From: Eledone cirrhosa
Lineage: Eukaryota
Direction of reading: 5' to 3'
Assembly (NCBI GenBank): GCA_964016885.1
Contig: OZ024745.1
Location: 29,636,001 to 29,700,000 of the forward strand
Length of the DNA stretch: 64,000 bases
Position 1 is the first letter of the stretch. Each line of letters begins with the position of its first letter. A program made the position numbers and the translations under genes. Shown piece after piece: positions 14,301-29,600 of the stretch. The notes under the pieces were generated by a model. The model made no database searches and had not been told where the DNA came from. It saw only the letters and a list, made by a program, of their open reading frames with translations.

Positions 14301-17300
14301 GGATACAGACACAGTACAGTGTCTTGGACACAGACACAGTACAGTGTCTTGGACACAGAGACAGTACAGTGTCTTGGACACAGAGACAGTACAGTGTCTT
14401 GGACACAGAGACAGTACAGTGTCTTGGATAGAGACACAGTACAGTGTCTTGGACACAAACACAGTACAGTGTCTTGGATACAGACACCGTACAGTGTCTA
14501 GGACACAGACACAGTACAGTGTCTTGGATACAGACACAGTACAGTGTCTTGGACACAGAGACAGTACAGTGTCTTGGACACAGACACAGTACAGTGTCTT
14601 GGATACAGAGACAGTACAGTGTCTTGGATACAGACACAGTACAGTGTCTTGGACACAGACACAGTACAGTGTTTGGACACAGACACAGTACAGTGCCTTG
14701 GACACAGACACAGTACAGAGTCTTGGACACAGAGATACTACAGTGTCTTGGACACAGACACAGTACAGTGCCTTGGACACAGACACAGTACAGTGCCTTG
14801 GACACAGAGACAGTACAGTGTCTTGGACACAGACACAGTACAGTGCCTTGGACACAGACACAGTACAGTGTCTTGGACACAGACACAGTACAGTGTCTTG
14901 GACACAGACACAGTACAGTGTCTTGGACACAGAGATACTACAGTGTCTTGGACACAGACACAGTACAGTGCCTTGGACACAGACACAGTACAGTGCCTTG
15001 GACACAGAGACAGTACAGTGTCTTGAACATAGACACAGTACAGTACCTTGGACACAGACACAGTACAGTGTCTTGGACACAGAGATAGTACAGTGTCTTG
15101 GATACAGATACAGTACAGTGTCTTGGACACACAGATAGTACAGTGTCTTGGACACAGAGATAGTACAGTATCTTGGACACAGAGACAGTACAGTGTCTTG
15201 GATACCGAGACAGTACAGTGTCTTGGACACAGACACAGTACAGTGCCTTGGACACAGAGATAGTACAGTATCTTGGACACAGAGACAGTACAGTGTCTTG
15301 GACACCGAGACAGTACAGTGTCTTGGACACAGAGACAGTACAGTGGCTTGAACACAGACACAGTACAGTGCCTTGGACACAGAGATAGTACAGTGCCTTG
15401 GACACAGAGACAGTACAGTGTCTTGGACACAGAGACAGTACAGTGTCTTGGATACAGACACAGTACAGTGTCTTGGACACAGAGATAATACAGTACCTTG
15501 GACACAGACACAGTACAGTGCCTTGGACACAGAGATAGTACAGTATCTTGGACACAGAGACAGTACAGTGTCTTGGACACCGAGACAGTACAGTATATTG
15601 GACACAGAGACAGTACAGTGTCTTGAACACAGACACAGTACAGTGCCTTGGACACAGAGATAGTACAGTGCCTTGGACACAGAGACAGTACAGTGTCTTG
15701 GACACAGAGACAGTACAGTGTCTTGGACACAGAGACAGTACAGTGTCTTGGACACACAGATAGTACAGTGTCTTGGACACAGACACAGTACAGTGTCTTG
15801 GACACAGACACAGTACAGTGTCTTGGACACACAGATAGTACAGTGTCTTGGATACAGACACAGTACAGTGTCTTGGACACAGAGACAGTACAGTGTCTTG
15901 GATACAGACACAGTACAGTGTCTTGGACACAGACACAGTACAGTGTCTTGGACACAGAGACAGTACAGTGTCTTGGTCACAGAGACAGTACAGTGTCTTG
16001 GATACAGACACAGTACAATTTCTTGGACACAGATACAGTACAGTGTCTTGGATACAGACACAGTACAGTGTCTTGGACACAGACGCAGTACAGTGTCTTG
16101 GACACAGAGACAGTACAGTGTCTTGGATACAGACACAGTACAGTGTCTTGGATACAGACACAGTACAATGTCTTGGACACAGAGACAGTACAGTGTCTTG
16201 GATACAGACACAGTACAGTGTCTTGGACACAGACACAGCACAGTGTCTTGGACACAGAGACAGTACAGTGTCTTGAACACAGAACAGTACAGTGTCTTGG
16301 ACACAGAGACAGTACAGTGTCTTGGACACAGAGACAGTACAGTGTGTTGGACACACAGATAGTACAGTGTCTTGGATACAGACACAGTACAGTGTCTTGG
16401 ACACAGAGACAGTACAGTGTCTTGGACACAGAGACAGTACAGTGTCTTGGACACACAGATAGTACAGTGTCTTGGATACAGACACAGTATAGTGTCTTGG
16501 ACACAGACACAGTACAGTGTCTTGGATACAGAGACAGTACAGTTTCTTGGATACAGACACAGTAGAGTGTCTTGGATACAGACACAGTACAGTGTCTTGG
16601 ACACAGACACAGTACAGTGTCTTGGACACAGAGACAGTACAGTGTCTTGGACACAGAGACAGTACAGTGTCTTGGACACAGAGACAGTACAGTGTCTTGG
16701 ATAGAGACACAGTACAGTGTCTTGGACACAAACACAGTACAGTGTCTTGGATACAGACACCGTACAGTGTCTAGGACACAGACACAGTACAGTGTCTTGG
16801 ATACAGACACAGTACAGTGTCTTGGACACAGAGACAGTACAGTGTCTTGGACACAGACACAGTACAGTGTCTTGGATACAGAGACAGTACAGTGTCTTGG
16901 ATACAGACACAGTACAGTGTCTTGGACACAGACACAGTACAGTGTTTGGACACAGACACAGTACAGTGCCTTGGACACAGACACAGTACAGAGTCTTGGA
17001 CACAGAGATACTACAGTGTCTTGGACACAGACACAGTACAGTGCCTTGGACACAGACACAGTACAGTGCCTTGGACACAGAGACAGTACAGTGTCTTGGA
17101 CACAGACACAGTACAGTGCCTTGGACACAGACACAGTACAGTGTCTTGGACACAGACACAGTACAGTGTCTTGGACACAGACACAGTACAGTGTCTTGGA
17201 CACAGAGATACTACAGTGTCTTGGACACAGACACAGTACAGTGCCTTGGACACAGACACAGTACAGTGCCTTGGACACAGAGACAGTACAGTGTCTTGAA

Positions 17301-20300
17301 CATAGACACAGTACAGTACCTTGGACACAGACACAGTACAGTGTCTTGGACACAGAGATAGTACAGTGTCTTGGATACAGATACAGTACAGTGTCTTGGA
17401 CACACAGATAGTACAGTGTCTTGGACACAGAGATAGTACAGTATCTTGGACACAGAGACAGTACAGTGTCTTGGATACCGAGACAGTACAGTGTCTTGGA
17501 CACAGACACAGTACAGTGCCTTGGACACAGAGATAGTACAGTATCTTGGACACAGAGACAGTACAGTGTCTTGGACACCGAGACAGTACAGTGTCTTGGA
17601 CACAGAGACAGTACAGTGGCTTGAACACAGACACAGTACAGTGCCTTGGACACAGAGATAGTACAGTGCCTTGGACACAGAGACAGTACAGTGTCTTGGA
17701 CACAGAGACAGTACAGTGTCTTGGATACAGACACAGTACAGTGTCTTGGACACAGAGATAATACAGTACCTTGGACACAGACACAGTACAGTGCCTTGGA
17801 CACAGAGATAGTACAGTATCTTGGACACAGAGACAGTACAGTGTCTTGGACACCGAGACAGTACAGTATATTGGACACAGAGACAGTACAGTGTCTTGAA
17901 CACAGACACAGTACAGTGCCTTGGACACAGAGATAGTACAGTGCCTTGGACACAGAGACAGTACAGTGTCTTGGACACAGAGACAGTACAGTGTCTTGGA
18001 CACAGAGACAGTACAGTGTCTTGGACACACAGATAGTACAGTGTCTTGGACACAGACACAGTACAGTGTCTTGGACACAGACACAGTACAGTGTCTTGGA
18101 CACACAGATAGTACAGTGTCTTGGATACAGACACAGTACAGTGTCTTGGACACAGAGACAGTACAGTGTCTTGGATACAGACACAGTACAGTGTCTTGGA
18201 CACAGACACAGTACAGTGTCTTGGACACAGAGACAGTACAGTGTCTTGGTCACAGAGACAGTACAGTGTCTTGGATACAGACACAGTACAATTTCTTGGA
18301 CACAGATACAGTACAGTGTCTTGGATACAGACACAGTACAGTGTCTTGGACACAGACGCAGTACAGTGTCTTGGACACAGAGACAGTACAGTGTCTTGGA
18401 TACAGACACAGTACAGTGTCTTGGATACAGACACAGTACAATGTCTTGGACACAGAGACAGTACAGTGTCTTGGATACAGACACAGTACAGTGTCTTGGA
18501 CACAGACACAGCACAGTGTCTTGGACACAGAGACAGTACAGTGTCTTGAACACAGAACAGTACAGTGTCTTGGACACAGAGACAGTACAGTGTCTTGGAC
18601 ACAGAGACAGTACAGTGTCTTGGACACACAGATAGTACAGTGTCTTGGATACAGACACAGTACAGTGTCTTGGACACAGAGACAGTACAGTGTCTTGGAC
18701 ACAGAGACAGTACAGTGTCTTGGACACACAGATAGTACAGTGTCTTGGATACAGACACAGTACAGTGTCTTGGACACAGAGACAGTACAGTGTCTTGGAC
18801 ACACAGATAGTACAGTGTCTTGGACACAGACACAGTACAATGTCTTGTATACAGACACAGTACAATGTCTTGGACACAGACACAGTACAGTGTCTTGGAT
18901 ACAGACACAGTACAATGTCTTGGACACAGAGACAGTACAGTGTCTTGGACACAGACACAGTACAGCGTCTTGGATACAGCCACAGTACAATGTCTTGGAC
19001 ACAGACACAGTACAGTGTCTTGGACACACAGACACAGTACAGTGTCTTGGACACACAGATAGTACAGTGTCTTGGATACAGACACAGTACAGTGTCTTGG
19101 ATAGAGACACAGTACAGTGTCTTGGATACAGACACAGTACAATGTCTTGGACACAGAGACAGTACAGTGTCTTGGACACAGACACAGTACAGTGTCATGG
19201 ATACAGAGACAGTACAGTGTCTTGGACACAGACACAGTACAGTGTCTTGGATACAGACACAGTACAATGTCTTGGACACAGACACAGTACAGTGTCTTGG
19301 ATACAGATACAGTACAGTGTCTTGGATACAGACACAGTACAGTGTCTTGGACACAGAGACAGTACAGTGTCTTGGATACAGACACAGTACAGTGTCTTGG
19401 ACAGAGACACAGTACAGTGTCTTGGACACAGAGACAGTACAGTGTCTTGGTCACAGAGACAGTACAGTGTCTTGGATACAGACACAGTACAATTTCTTGG
19501 ACACAGATACAGTACAGTGTCTTGGATACAGACACAGTACAGTGTCTTGGACACAGACGCAGTACAGTGTCTTGGACACAGAGACAGTACAGTGTCTTGG
19601 ATACAGACACAGTACAGTGTCTTGGATACAGACACAGTACAATGTCTTGGACACAGAGACAGTACAGTGTCTTGGATACAGACACAGTACAGTGTCTTGG
19701 ACACAGACACAGCACAGTGTCTTGGACACAGAGACAGTACAGTGTCTTGAACACAGACACAGTACAGTGTCTTGGACACAGAGACAGTACAGTGTCTTGG
19801 ACACAGACACAGTACAGTGTCTTGGATACAGACACAGTACAGTGTCTTGAACACAGACACAGTACAATGTCTTGGACACAGACACAGTACAGTGTCTTGA
19901 ACACAGACACAGTACAGTGTCTTGGACACAGAGACAGTACAGTGCCTTGGACACAGAGACAGTACAGTGTCTTGGACACAGAGACAGTACAGTACCTTGG
20001 ACACAGACACAGTACAGTGTCTTGGACACAGAGATAGTACAGTGTCTTGGATACAGATACAGTACAGTGTCTTGGACACACAGATAGTACAGTGTCTTGG
20101 ACACAGAGATAGTAGAGTATCTTGGACACAGAGACAGTACAGTGTCTTGGACACCGAGACAGTACAGTGTCTTGGACACAGACACAGTACAGTGCCTTGG
20201 ACACAGAGATAGTACAGTATCTTGGACACAGAGACAGTACAGTGTCTTGGACACCGAGACAGTACAGTGTCTTGGACACAGAGACAGTACAGTGTCTTGA

Positions 20301-23300
20301 ACACAGACACAGTACAGTGCCTTGGACACAGAGATAGTACAGTGCCTTGGACACAGAGACAGTACAGTGTCTTGGACACAGAGACAGTACAGTGTCTTGG
20401 ATACAGACACAGTACAGTGTCTTGGACACAGAGATAATACAGTACCTTGGACACAGACACAGTACAGTGCCTTGGACACAGAGATAGTACAGTATCTTGG
20501 ACACAGAGACAGTACAGTGTCTTGGACACCGAGACAGTACAGTATATTGGACACAGAGACAGTACAGTGTCTTGAACACAGACACAGTACAGTGCCTTGG
20601 ACACAGAGATAGTACAGTGCCTTGGACACAGAGACAGTACAGTGTCTTGGACACAGAGACAGTACAGTGTCTTGGACACAGAGACAGTACAGTGTCTTGG
20701 ACACACAGATAGTACAGTGTCTTGGACACAGACACAGTACAGTGTCTTGGACACAGACACAGTACAGTGTCTTGGACACACAGATAGTACAGTGTCTTGG
20801 ATACAGACACAGTACAGTGTCTTGGACACAGAGACAGTACAGTGTCTTGGATACAGACACAGTACAGTGTCTTGGACACAGACACAGTACAGTGTCTTGG
20901 ACACAGAGACAGTACAGTGTCTTGGTCACAGAGACAGTACAGTGTCTTGGATACAGACACAGTACAATTTCTTGGACACAGATACAGTACAGTGTCTTGG
21001 ATACAGACACAGTACAGTGTCTTGGACACAGACGCAGTACAGTGTCTTGGACACAGAGACAGTACAGTGTCTTGGATACAGACACAGTACAGTGTCTTGG
21101 ATACAGACACAGTACAATGTCTTGGACACAGAGACAGTACAGTGTCTTGGATACAGACACAGTACAGTGTCTTGGACACAGACACAGCACAGTGTCTTGG
21201 ACACAGAGACAGTACAGTGTCTTGAACACAGACACAGTACAGTGTCTTGGACACAGAGACAGTACAGTGTCTTGGACACAGAGACAGTACAGTGTCTTGG
21301 ACACACAGATAGTACAGTGTCTTGGATACAGACACAGTACAGTGTCTTGGACACAGAGACAGTACAGTGTCTTGGACACAGAGACAGTACAGTGTCTTGG
21401 ACACACAGATAGTACAGTGTCTTGGATACAGACACAGTACAGTGTCTTGGACACAGAGACAGTACAGTGTCTTGGACACACAGATAGTACAGTGTCTTGG
21501 ACACAGACACAGTACAATGTCTTGTATACAGACACAGTACAATGTCTTGGACACAGACACAGTACAGTGTCTTGGATACAGACACAGTACAATGTCTTGG
21601 ACACAGAGACAGTACAGTGTCTTGGACACAGACACAGTACAGCGTCTTGGATACAGCCACAGTACAATGTCTTGGACACAGACACAGTACAGTGTCTTGG
21701 ACACACAGACACAGTACAGTGTCTTGGACACACAGATAGTACAGTGTCTTGGATACAGACACAGTACAGTGTCTTGGATAGAGACACAGTACAGTGTCTT
21801 GGATACAGACACAGTACAATGTCTTGGACACAGAGACAGTACAGTGTCTTGGACACAGACACAGTACAGTGTCATGGATACAGAGACAGTACAGTGTCTT
21901 GGACACAGACACAGTACAGTGTCTTGGATACAGACACAGTACAATGTCTTGGACACAGACACAGTACAGTGTCTTGGATACAGATACAGTACAGTGGCTT
22001 CGACACAGACACAGTACAGTGCCTCGGGCACAGAGACAGAAGAGAGTCTTGGACACAGAGACAGTACAGTGTCTTGGACACAGACACAGTACAGTGCCTT
22101 GGACACAGACACAGTACAGTGTCTTGGACACAGAGACAGTACAGTGCCTTGGACACAGAGACAGTACAGTGTCTTGGACACAGAGACAGTACAGAGACTT
22201 GGACACAGAGACAGTTCAGTGTCTTGGACACAGACACAGTACAGTGTCTTGGACACAGAGACAGTACAGTGTCTTGGACACAGACACAGTACAGTGCCTT
22301 GGACATCGGCACAGTACAGTGTCTTGAACACAGACACAGTACAGTGCCTTGGACACAGAGACAGTACAGTGTCTTGGACACAGAGACAGTACAGTGTCTT
22401 GGACACAGAGACAGTACAGTGTCTTGGACACACAGATAGTACAGTGTCTTGGATACAGACACAGTACAGTGTCTTGGACACAGACACAGTACAGTGTCTT
22501 GGATACAGACACAGTACAGTGTCTTGAACACAGACACAGTACAATGTCTTGGACACAGACACAGTACAGTGTCTTGAACACAGACACAGTACAGTGTCTT
22601 GGACACAGAGACAGTACAGTGCCTTGGACACAGAGACAGTACAGTGTCTTGGACACAGAGACAGTACAGTGTCTTGGATACAGACACAGTACAGTGCCTT
22701 GGACACAGACACAGTACAGTGTCTTGGACACAGAGATAGTACAGTGTCTTGGACACAGAGACAGTACAGAGACTTGGACACAGAGACAGTACAGTGTCTT
22801 GGACTCAGACACAGTACAGTGTCTTGGAGACAGAGACAGTACAGAGTCTTGGACACAGAGACAGTACAGTGTCTTGGTCACAGAGACAGTACAGTGTCTT
22901 AGACACAGACACAGTACAGTGCCTTGGACATCGACACAGTACAGTGTCTTGGACACAGACACAGTACAGTGTCTTGGACACAGAGACAGTACAGTGGCTT
23001 GGACACAGAGACAGTACAGTGTCTTGGACATAGAGACAGTAGAGTGTCTTGGACACAGACACAGTACAATGTCTTGGACACAACACAGTACAGTGTCTTG
23101 GACACAGAGACAGTACAGAGTCTTGGACACAGAGATAGTACAGTGTCTTGGACACAGAGACAGTACAGAGACTTGGACACAGAGACAGTACAGTGTCTTG
23201 GATACAGAGACAGTACAGAGACTTGGACACAGAGACAGTACAATGTCTTGGATACAGACACAGTACAGTGTCTTCGACACAGAGACAGTACAGTGTCTTG

Positions 23301-24245
23301 GACACAGACACAGTACAGTGCCTTGGACACCGGCACAGTACAGTGTCTTGGACACAGACACAGTACAGTCTCTTGGACACAGACACAGTACAGTGTCTTG
23401 GACACAGACACAGTACAGTGTCTTGGACACAGAGACAGTACAGTGGCTTGGACACAGAGACAGTACAGTGTCTTGGACACAGACACAGTACACTGTATTG
23501 GACACAGAGATAGTACAGTCTCTTGGACACAGACACTACAGTGCCTTGGACAAAAACAGTACAATGTCTTGTCTTGAACACAGACAACGTACAGTGCCTT
23601 GGACACAGACACAGTACAGTGTCTTGGACACAGAGACAGTACAGTGTCTTGGACACAGAGACAGTACAGTGTCTTGGACACAGAAACAGTACAGTGTCTT
23701 GGACACTGAGATAGTACAGTGTCTTGGACACAGAGACAGTACAGAGACTTGGACACAGAGACAGTACAGTGTCTTGGACACAGACACAGTACAGTGTCTT
23801 GGACACAGAGACAGTACAGTGTCTTAGACACAGACACAGTACAGTGCCTTGGACATCGGCACAGTACAGTGTCTTGGACACAGACACAGTACAGTGTCTT
23901 GGACACAAGCACAGTACAGTGTCTTGGACACAGACACAGTACAGTGTCTTGGACACAGAGACAGTACAGTGGCTTGGACACAGACACAGTACAGTGTCTT
24001 GGACACAGACACAGTACAGTGTATTGGACACAGAGATAGTAAAGTCTCTTGGACACAGACACAGTACAGTGCCTTGGACAAAAAAACAGTACAATGTCTT
24101 GGACACAGACAAAGTACAGTGCGTTGGACACAGACACAGTACAGTGTCTTGGACACAGACACAGTACAGTGTCTGGGACACAGAGATAGTACAGTGTCTT
24201 GGACACAGACACAGTACAGTGCCTTGGACACAGAGACAGTGCTGT

Positions 24246-24608
24246 AAATGGGATTTGGATTTTATCCTATTTATCAGACATAAAACAGAAGGTTGACTTA
24301 TATTCAGATCAGCTTATAATCGAGTATACAGTTATTTTGTAAATAATCAATAATTTTAGAAATTTAGTGAAATAAATAACCATATTAATAAGTAGATGTT
24401 TAGAACATAAAAATATTCTCCCATAACAACATTTGAGAGTTAACTATTAACATCCTCTAATGATTTAGTAGAAAATATCTAAAAATATAAAAATTTGCAG
24501 TAAAGATTATAATTTTCAATATGAGGCTGTCAAAATGTTTTCTACTTTTGAAGAATGTCTTGCGAATGAGGTTTAATGTAGTACAGATGATGAAGCGTTA
24601 AATGTTCT
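24246..24608. repeat. 363-bp island, copy 3
   Basis: Same length as copy 1 with a few substitutions (e.g. GGGATTTGG, GAAGCGTTA). Confidence 0.95.
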
Positions 24609-26253
24609 GCACACAGACACAGTACAGTGCCTTGCACACAGAGACAGTACAGTCTCTTGGACACAGAGACAGTACAGTGTCTTGAACATAGACACAGTAC
24701 AGTACCTTGGACACAGACACAGTACAGTGCCTTGGACACAGAGATAGTACAGTATCTTGGACACAGAGACAGTACAGTGTCTTGGACACCGAGACAGTAC
24801 AGTGTCTTGGACACAGAGACTGTACAGTGTCTTGAACACAGACACAGTACAGTTCCTTGGACACAGAGATAGTACAGTGCCTTGGACACAGAGATATTAC
24901 AGTGTCTTGGACACAGAGACAGTACAGTGTCTTGGATACAGAGACAGTACAGTGTCTTGGACACAGAGACAGTACAGAGACTTGGACACAGAGACAGTTC
25001 AGTGTCTTGGACACAGACACAGTACAGTGTCTTGGACACAGAGACAGTACAGTGTCTTGGACACAGACACAGTACAGTGCCTTGGACATCGGCACAGTAC
25101 AGTGTCTTGAACACAGACACAGTACAGAGTCTTGGACACAGAGATACTACAGTGTCTTGGACACAGACACAGTACAGTGCCTTGGACACAGACACAGTAC
25201 AGTGCCTTGGACACAGAGACAGTACAGTGTCTTGGACACAGACACAGTACAGTGCCTTGGACACAGACACAGTACAGTGTCTTGGAAACAGACACAGTAC
25301 AGTGTCTTGGACACAGACACAGTACAGTGTCTTGGACACAGAGACAGTACAGTGTCTTGAACACAGAGATAGTACAGTGTCTTGTTCACAGAGACAGTAC
25401 AGTGTCTTGGTCACAGAGACAGTACAGTGTCTTGGTCACAGACACAGCACAGTGCCTTGGACATCGACACAGTACAGTGTCTTGGACACAGACACAGTAC
25501 AGTGTCTTGGACACAGAGACAGTACAGCGGCTTGGACACAGAGACAGTACAGTGTCTTGGACATAGAGACAGTACAGTGTCTTGGACACAGACACAGTAC
25601 AGTGTCTTGGACACAACACAGTACAGTGTCTTGGACACAGAGACAGTACAGAGTCTTGGACACAGAGATAGTACAGTGTCTTGGACACAGACACAGTACA
25701 GAGACTTGGACACAGAGAGAGTACAGTGTCTTGGACACAGAGACAGTACAGAGACTTGGACACAGAGACAGTACAGTGTCTTGGACACAGACACAGTACA
25801 GTGTCTTGGACACAGAGACAGTACAGTGTCTTGGACACAGACACAGTACAGTGCCTTGGACATCGGCACAGTACAGTGTCTTGGACACAGACACAGTACA
25901 GTCTCTTGGACACAGACACAGTACAGTGTCTTGGACACAGACACAGTACAGTTTCTTGGACACAGAGACAGTACAGTGGCTTGGACACAGACACAGTACA
26001 GTGTCTTGGACACAGACACAGTACAGTGTCTTGGACACAGAGATAGTACAGTCTCTTGGACATAGACACAGTACAGTGCCTTGGACAAAAAAAACAGTAC
26101 AATGTCTTGGACACAGACAAAGTACAGTGCCTTGGACACAGACACAGTACAGTGTCTTGGACACAGACACAGTACAGTGTCTTGGACACAGAGATAGTAC
26201 AGTGTCTTGGACACAGACACAGTACAGTGCCTTGGACACAGAGACAGTGCAGT

Positions 26254-26616
26254 AAATTGGGTTTGCATTTTATCCTACTTATCAGACATAAAACAGAAGG
26301 TTGACTTATATTCAGATCAGCTTATAATCGAGTATACAGTTATTTTGTAAATAATCAATAATTTTAGAAATTTAGTGAAATAAATAACCATATTAATAAG
26401 TAGATGTTTAGAACATAAAAATATTCTCCCATAACAACATTTGAGAGTTAACTATTAACATCCTCTAACGATTTAGTAGAAAATATCTAAAAATATAAAA
26501 ATTTGCAGTAAAGATTATAATTTTCAATATGAAGCTGTCAAAATGTTTTCTACTTTTGAAGAATGTCTTGCGAATGAGGTTTAATGTAGTACAGATTATG
26601 AAGAGTTAAATATTCT
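26254..26616. repeat. 363-bp island, copy 4
   Basis: Same length, the most diverged copy, 2,008 bp after copy 3. Confidence 0.95.
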
Positions 26617-29600
26617 GCACACAGACACAGTACAGTGCCTTGCACACAGAGACAGTACAGTCTCTTGGACACAGAGACAGTACAGTGTCTTGAACATAGA
26701 CACAGTACAGTACCTTGGACACAGACACAGTACAGTGCCTTGGACACAGAGATAGTACAGTATCTTGGACACAGAGACAGTACAGTGTCTTGGACACCGA
26801 GACAGTACAGTTTCTTGGACACAGAGACAGTACAGTGTCTTGAACACAGACACAGTACAGTGCCTTGGACACAGAGACAGTACAGTGTCTTGGACACAGA
26901 GACAGTACAGTGTCTTGGACACACAGATAGTACAGTGTCTTGGATACAGACACAGTACAGTGTCTTGGACACAGACACAGTACAGTGTCTTGGATACAGA
27001 CACAGTACAATGTCTTGGACACAGAGACAGTACAGTGTCTTGACCACAGACACAGTACAGTATCTTGGACACAGACACAGTACAGTGCCTTGGACACAGA
27101 GATAGTACAGTGTCTTGGATACAGAGACAGTACAGTGTCTTGGACACAGAGACAGTACAGTGTCTTGGATACAGACACAGTACAGTGCCTTGGACACAGA
27201 CACAGTACAGTGTCTTGGACACAGACACAGTACAGTGTCTTGGACATCGACACAGTACAGTGTCTTGGACACGGACACAGTAGAGTGTCTTGGACACAGA
27301 GACAGTACAGTGGCTTGGACACAGAGACAGAACAGTGTCTTGGACATAGAGACAGTACAGTGTCTTGGACACAGACACAGTACAGTGTATTGGACACAGA
27401 GACAGTACAGAGTCTTGGACACAGAGATTGTACAGTGTCTTGGACACAGAGACAGTACAGTGTCTTGGACACAGAGACAGTACAGAGTCTTGGACACAGA
27501 GATAGTACGGTGTCTTGGACACAGACACAGAACAGTGTCTTGGGCACAGAGATAGTACAGTGTCTTGGATACAGACACAGTACAGTGACTTGGACACAGA
27601 GACAGTACAGTGTCTTGGACACAGAGATAGTACAGTGTCTTGGATACAGACACAGTACAGTGTCTTGGATACAGACACAGTACAGTGTCTTGGCCACAGA
27701 GATAGTACAGTGTCTTGGACACAGAGAGAGTACATTGTCTTGGACACAGACACAGTACAGTGTCTTGGACACAGAGACAGTACAGAGTCTTGGACACAGA
27801 GACAGTACAGTGTCTTGGACACAGACACAGTACAGTGTCTTGGACATCGACACAGTACAGTGTCTTGGACACGGACACAGTAGAGTGTCTTGGACACAGA
27901 GACAGTACAGTGGCTTGGACACAGAGACAGAACAGTGTCTTGGACATAGAGACAGTACAGTGTCTTGGACACAGACACAGTACAGTGTCTTGGACACAGA
28001 GACAGTACAGAGTCTTGGACACAGAGATAGTACAGTGTCTTGGACACAGAGACAGTACAGTGTCTTGGACACAGAGACAGTACAGAGTCTTGGACACAGA
28101 GATAGTACGGTGTCTTGGACACAGACACAGAACAGTGTCTTGGACACAGAGATAGTACAGTGTCTTGGATACAGACACAGTACAGTGTCTTGGATACAGA
28201 CACAGTACAGTGTCTTGGCCACACAGATAGTACAGTGTCTTGGACACAGAGAGAGTACATTGTCTTGGACACAGACACAGTACAGTGTCTTGGACACAGA
28301 GACAGTACAGAGTCTTGGACACAGAGACAGTACAGTGTCTTGGACACTGTGACAGTACAGTGTCTTGGATACAGACACAGTACAGTGCCTTGGACATCGA
28401 CAAAGGACAGTGTCTTGGACACAGACACAGTACAGTGTCTTGGACACAGAGACAGTACAGTGGCTTGGACACAGACACAGTACTGTGTCTTGGACACAGA
28501 GACAGTACAGTGTCTTGGACACAGAGATAGTACAGTGTCTTGGACACAGACACAGTACCGTGTCTTGGACACATAGATAGTACAGTGGTTTGGACACAGA
28601 CAAAGATCAGTGTCTTGGACACAGACACAGTACAGTGCCTTGGACACAGACACAGTACAGTGTCTTGGACACAGACACAGTACAGTGCCTTGGACACAGA
28701 CACAGTACAGTGTCTTGGACACAGACACAGTACAGTGTCTTGGACACAGACACAGTGTAGTGCCTTGGACACAGAGATAGTACAGTGTCTTGGACACAGA
28801 GACAGTACAGTGTCTTGTACACAAAGATAGTACAGTGTCTTGGATATAGACACAGTACAGTGTCTTGGACACAGACAGAGTTCAGTGTCTTGGACACAGA
28901 CACAGTACTGTGTCTTGGACACAGAGATAGTACAGTGTCTTGGACACAGAGACAGTACAGTGTCTTGGATACAGACACAGTACAGTGTCTTGGACACAGA
29001 GATAGTACAGTCTCTTGGATACAGACACAGTACAGTGTCTTGGACACAGAGATAGTACGGTGTCTTGTACTCAGACACAGAACAGTGTCTTGGACACAGA
29101 GATAGTACAGTGTCTTGGATACAGATACAGTACAGTGACTTGGACACAGAGACAGTACAGTGTCTTGGACACAGAGATAGTACAGTGTCTTGGATACAGA
29201 CACAGTACAGTGTCTTGGATACAGACACAGTACAGTGTCTTGGACACAGAGATAGTACAGTGTCTTGGACACAGAGAGAGTACAGTGTCTTGGACACAGA
29301 CACAGTACAGTGTCTTGGACACAGAGACAGTCCAGAGTCTTGGACACAGAGACAGTACAGTGTCTTGGACACTGTGACAGTACAGTGTCTTGGATACAGA
29401 CACAGTACAGTGCCTTGGACATCGACAAAGGACAGTGTCTTGGACACAGACACAGTACAGTGTCTTGGACACAGAGACAGTACAGTTGCTTGGACACAGA
29501 CACAGTACTGTGTCTTGGACACAGAGACAGTACAGTGTTTTGGACACAGAGATAGTACAGTGTCTTGGACACAGACACAGTACCGTGTCTTGGACACATA

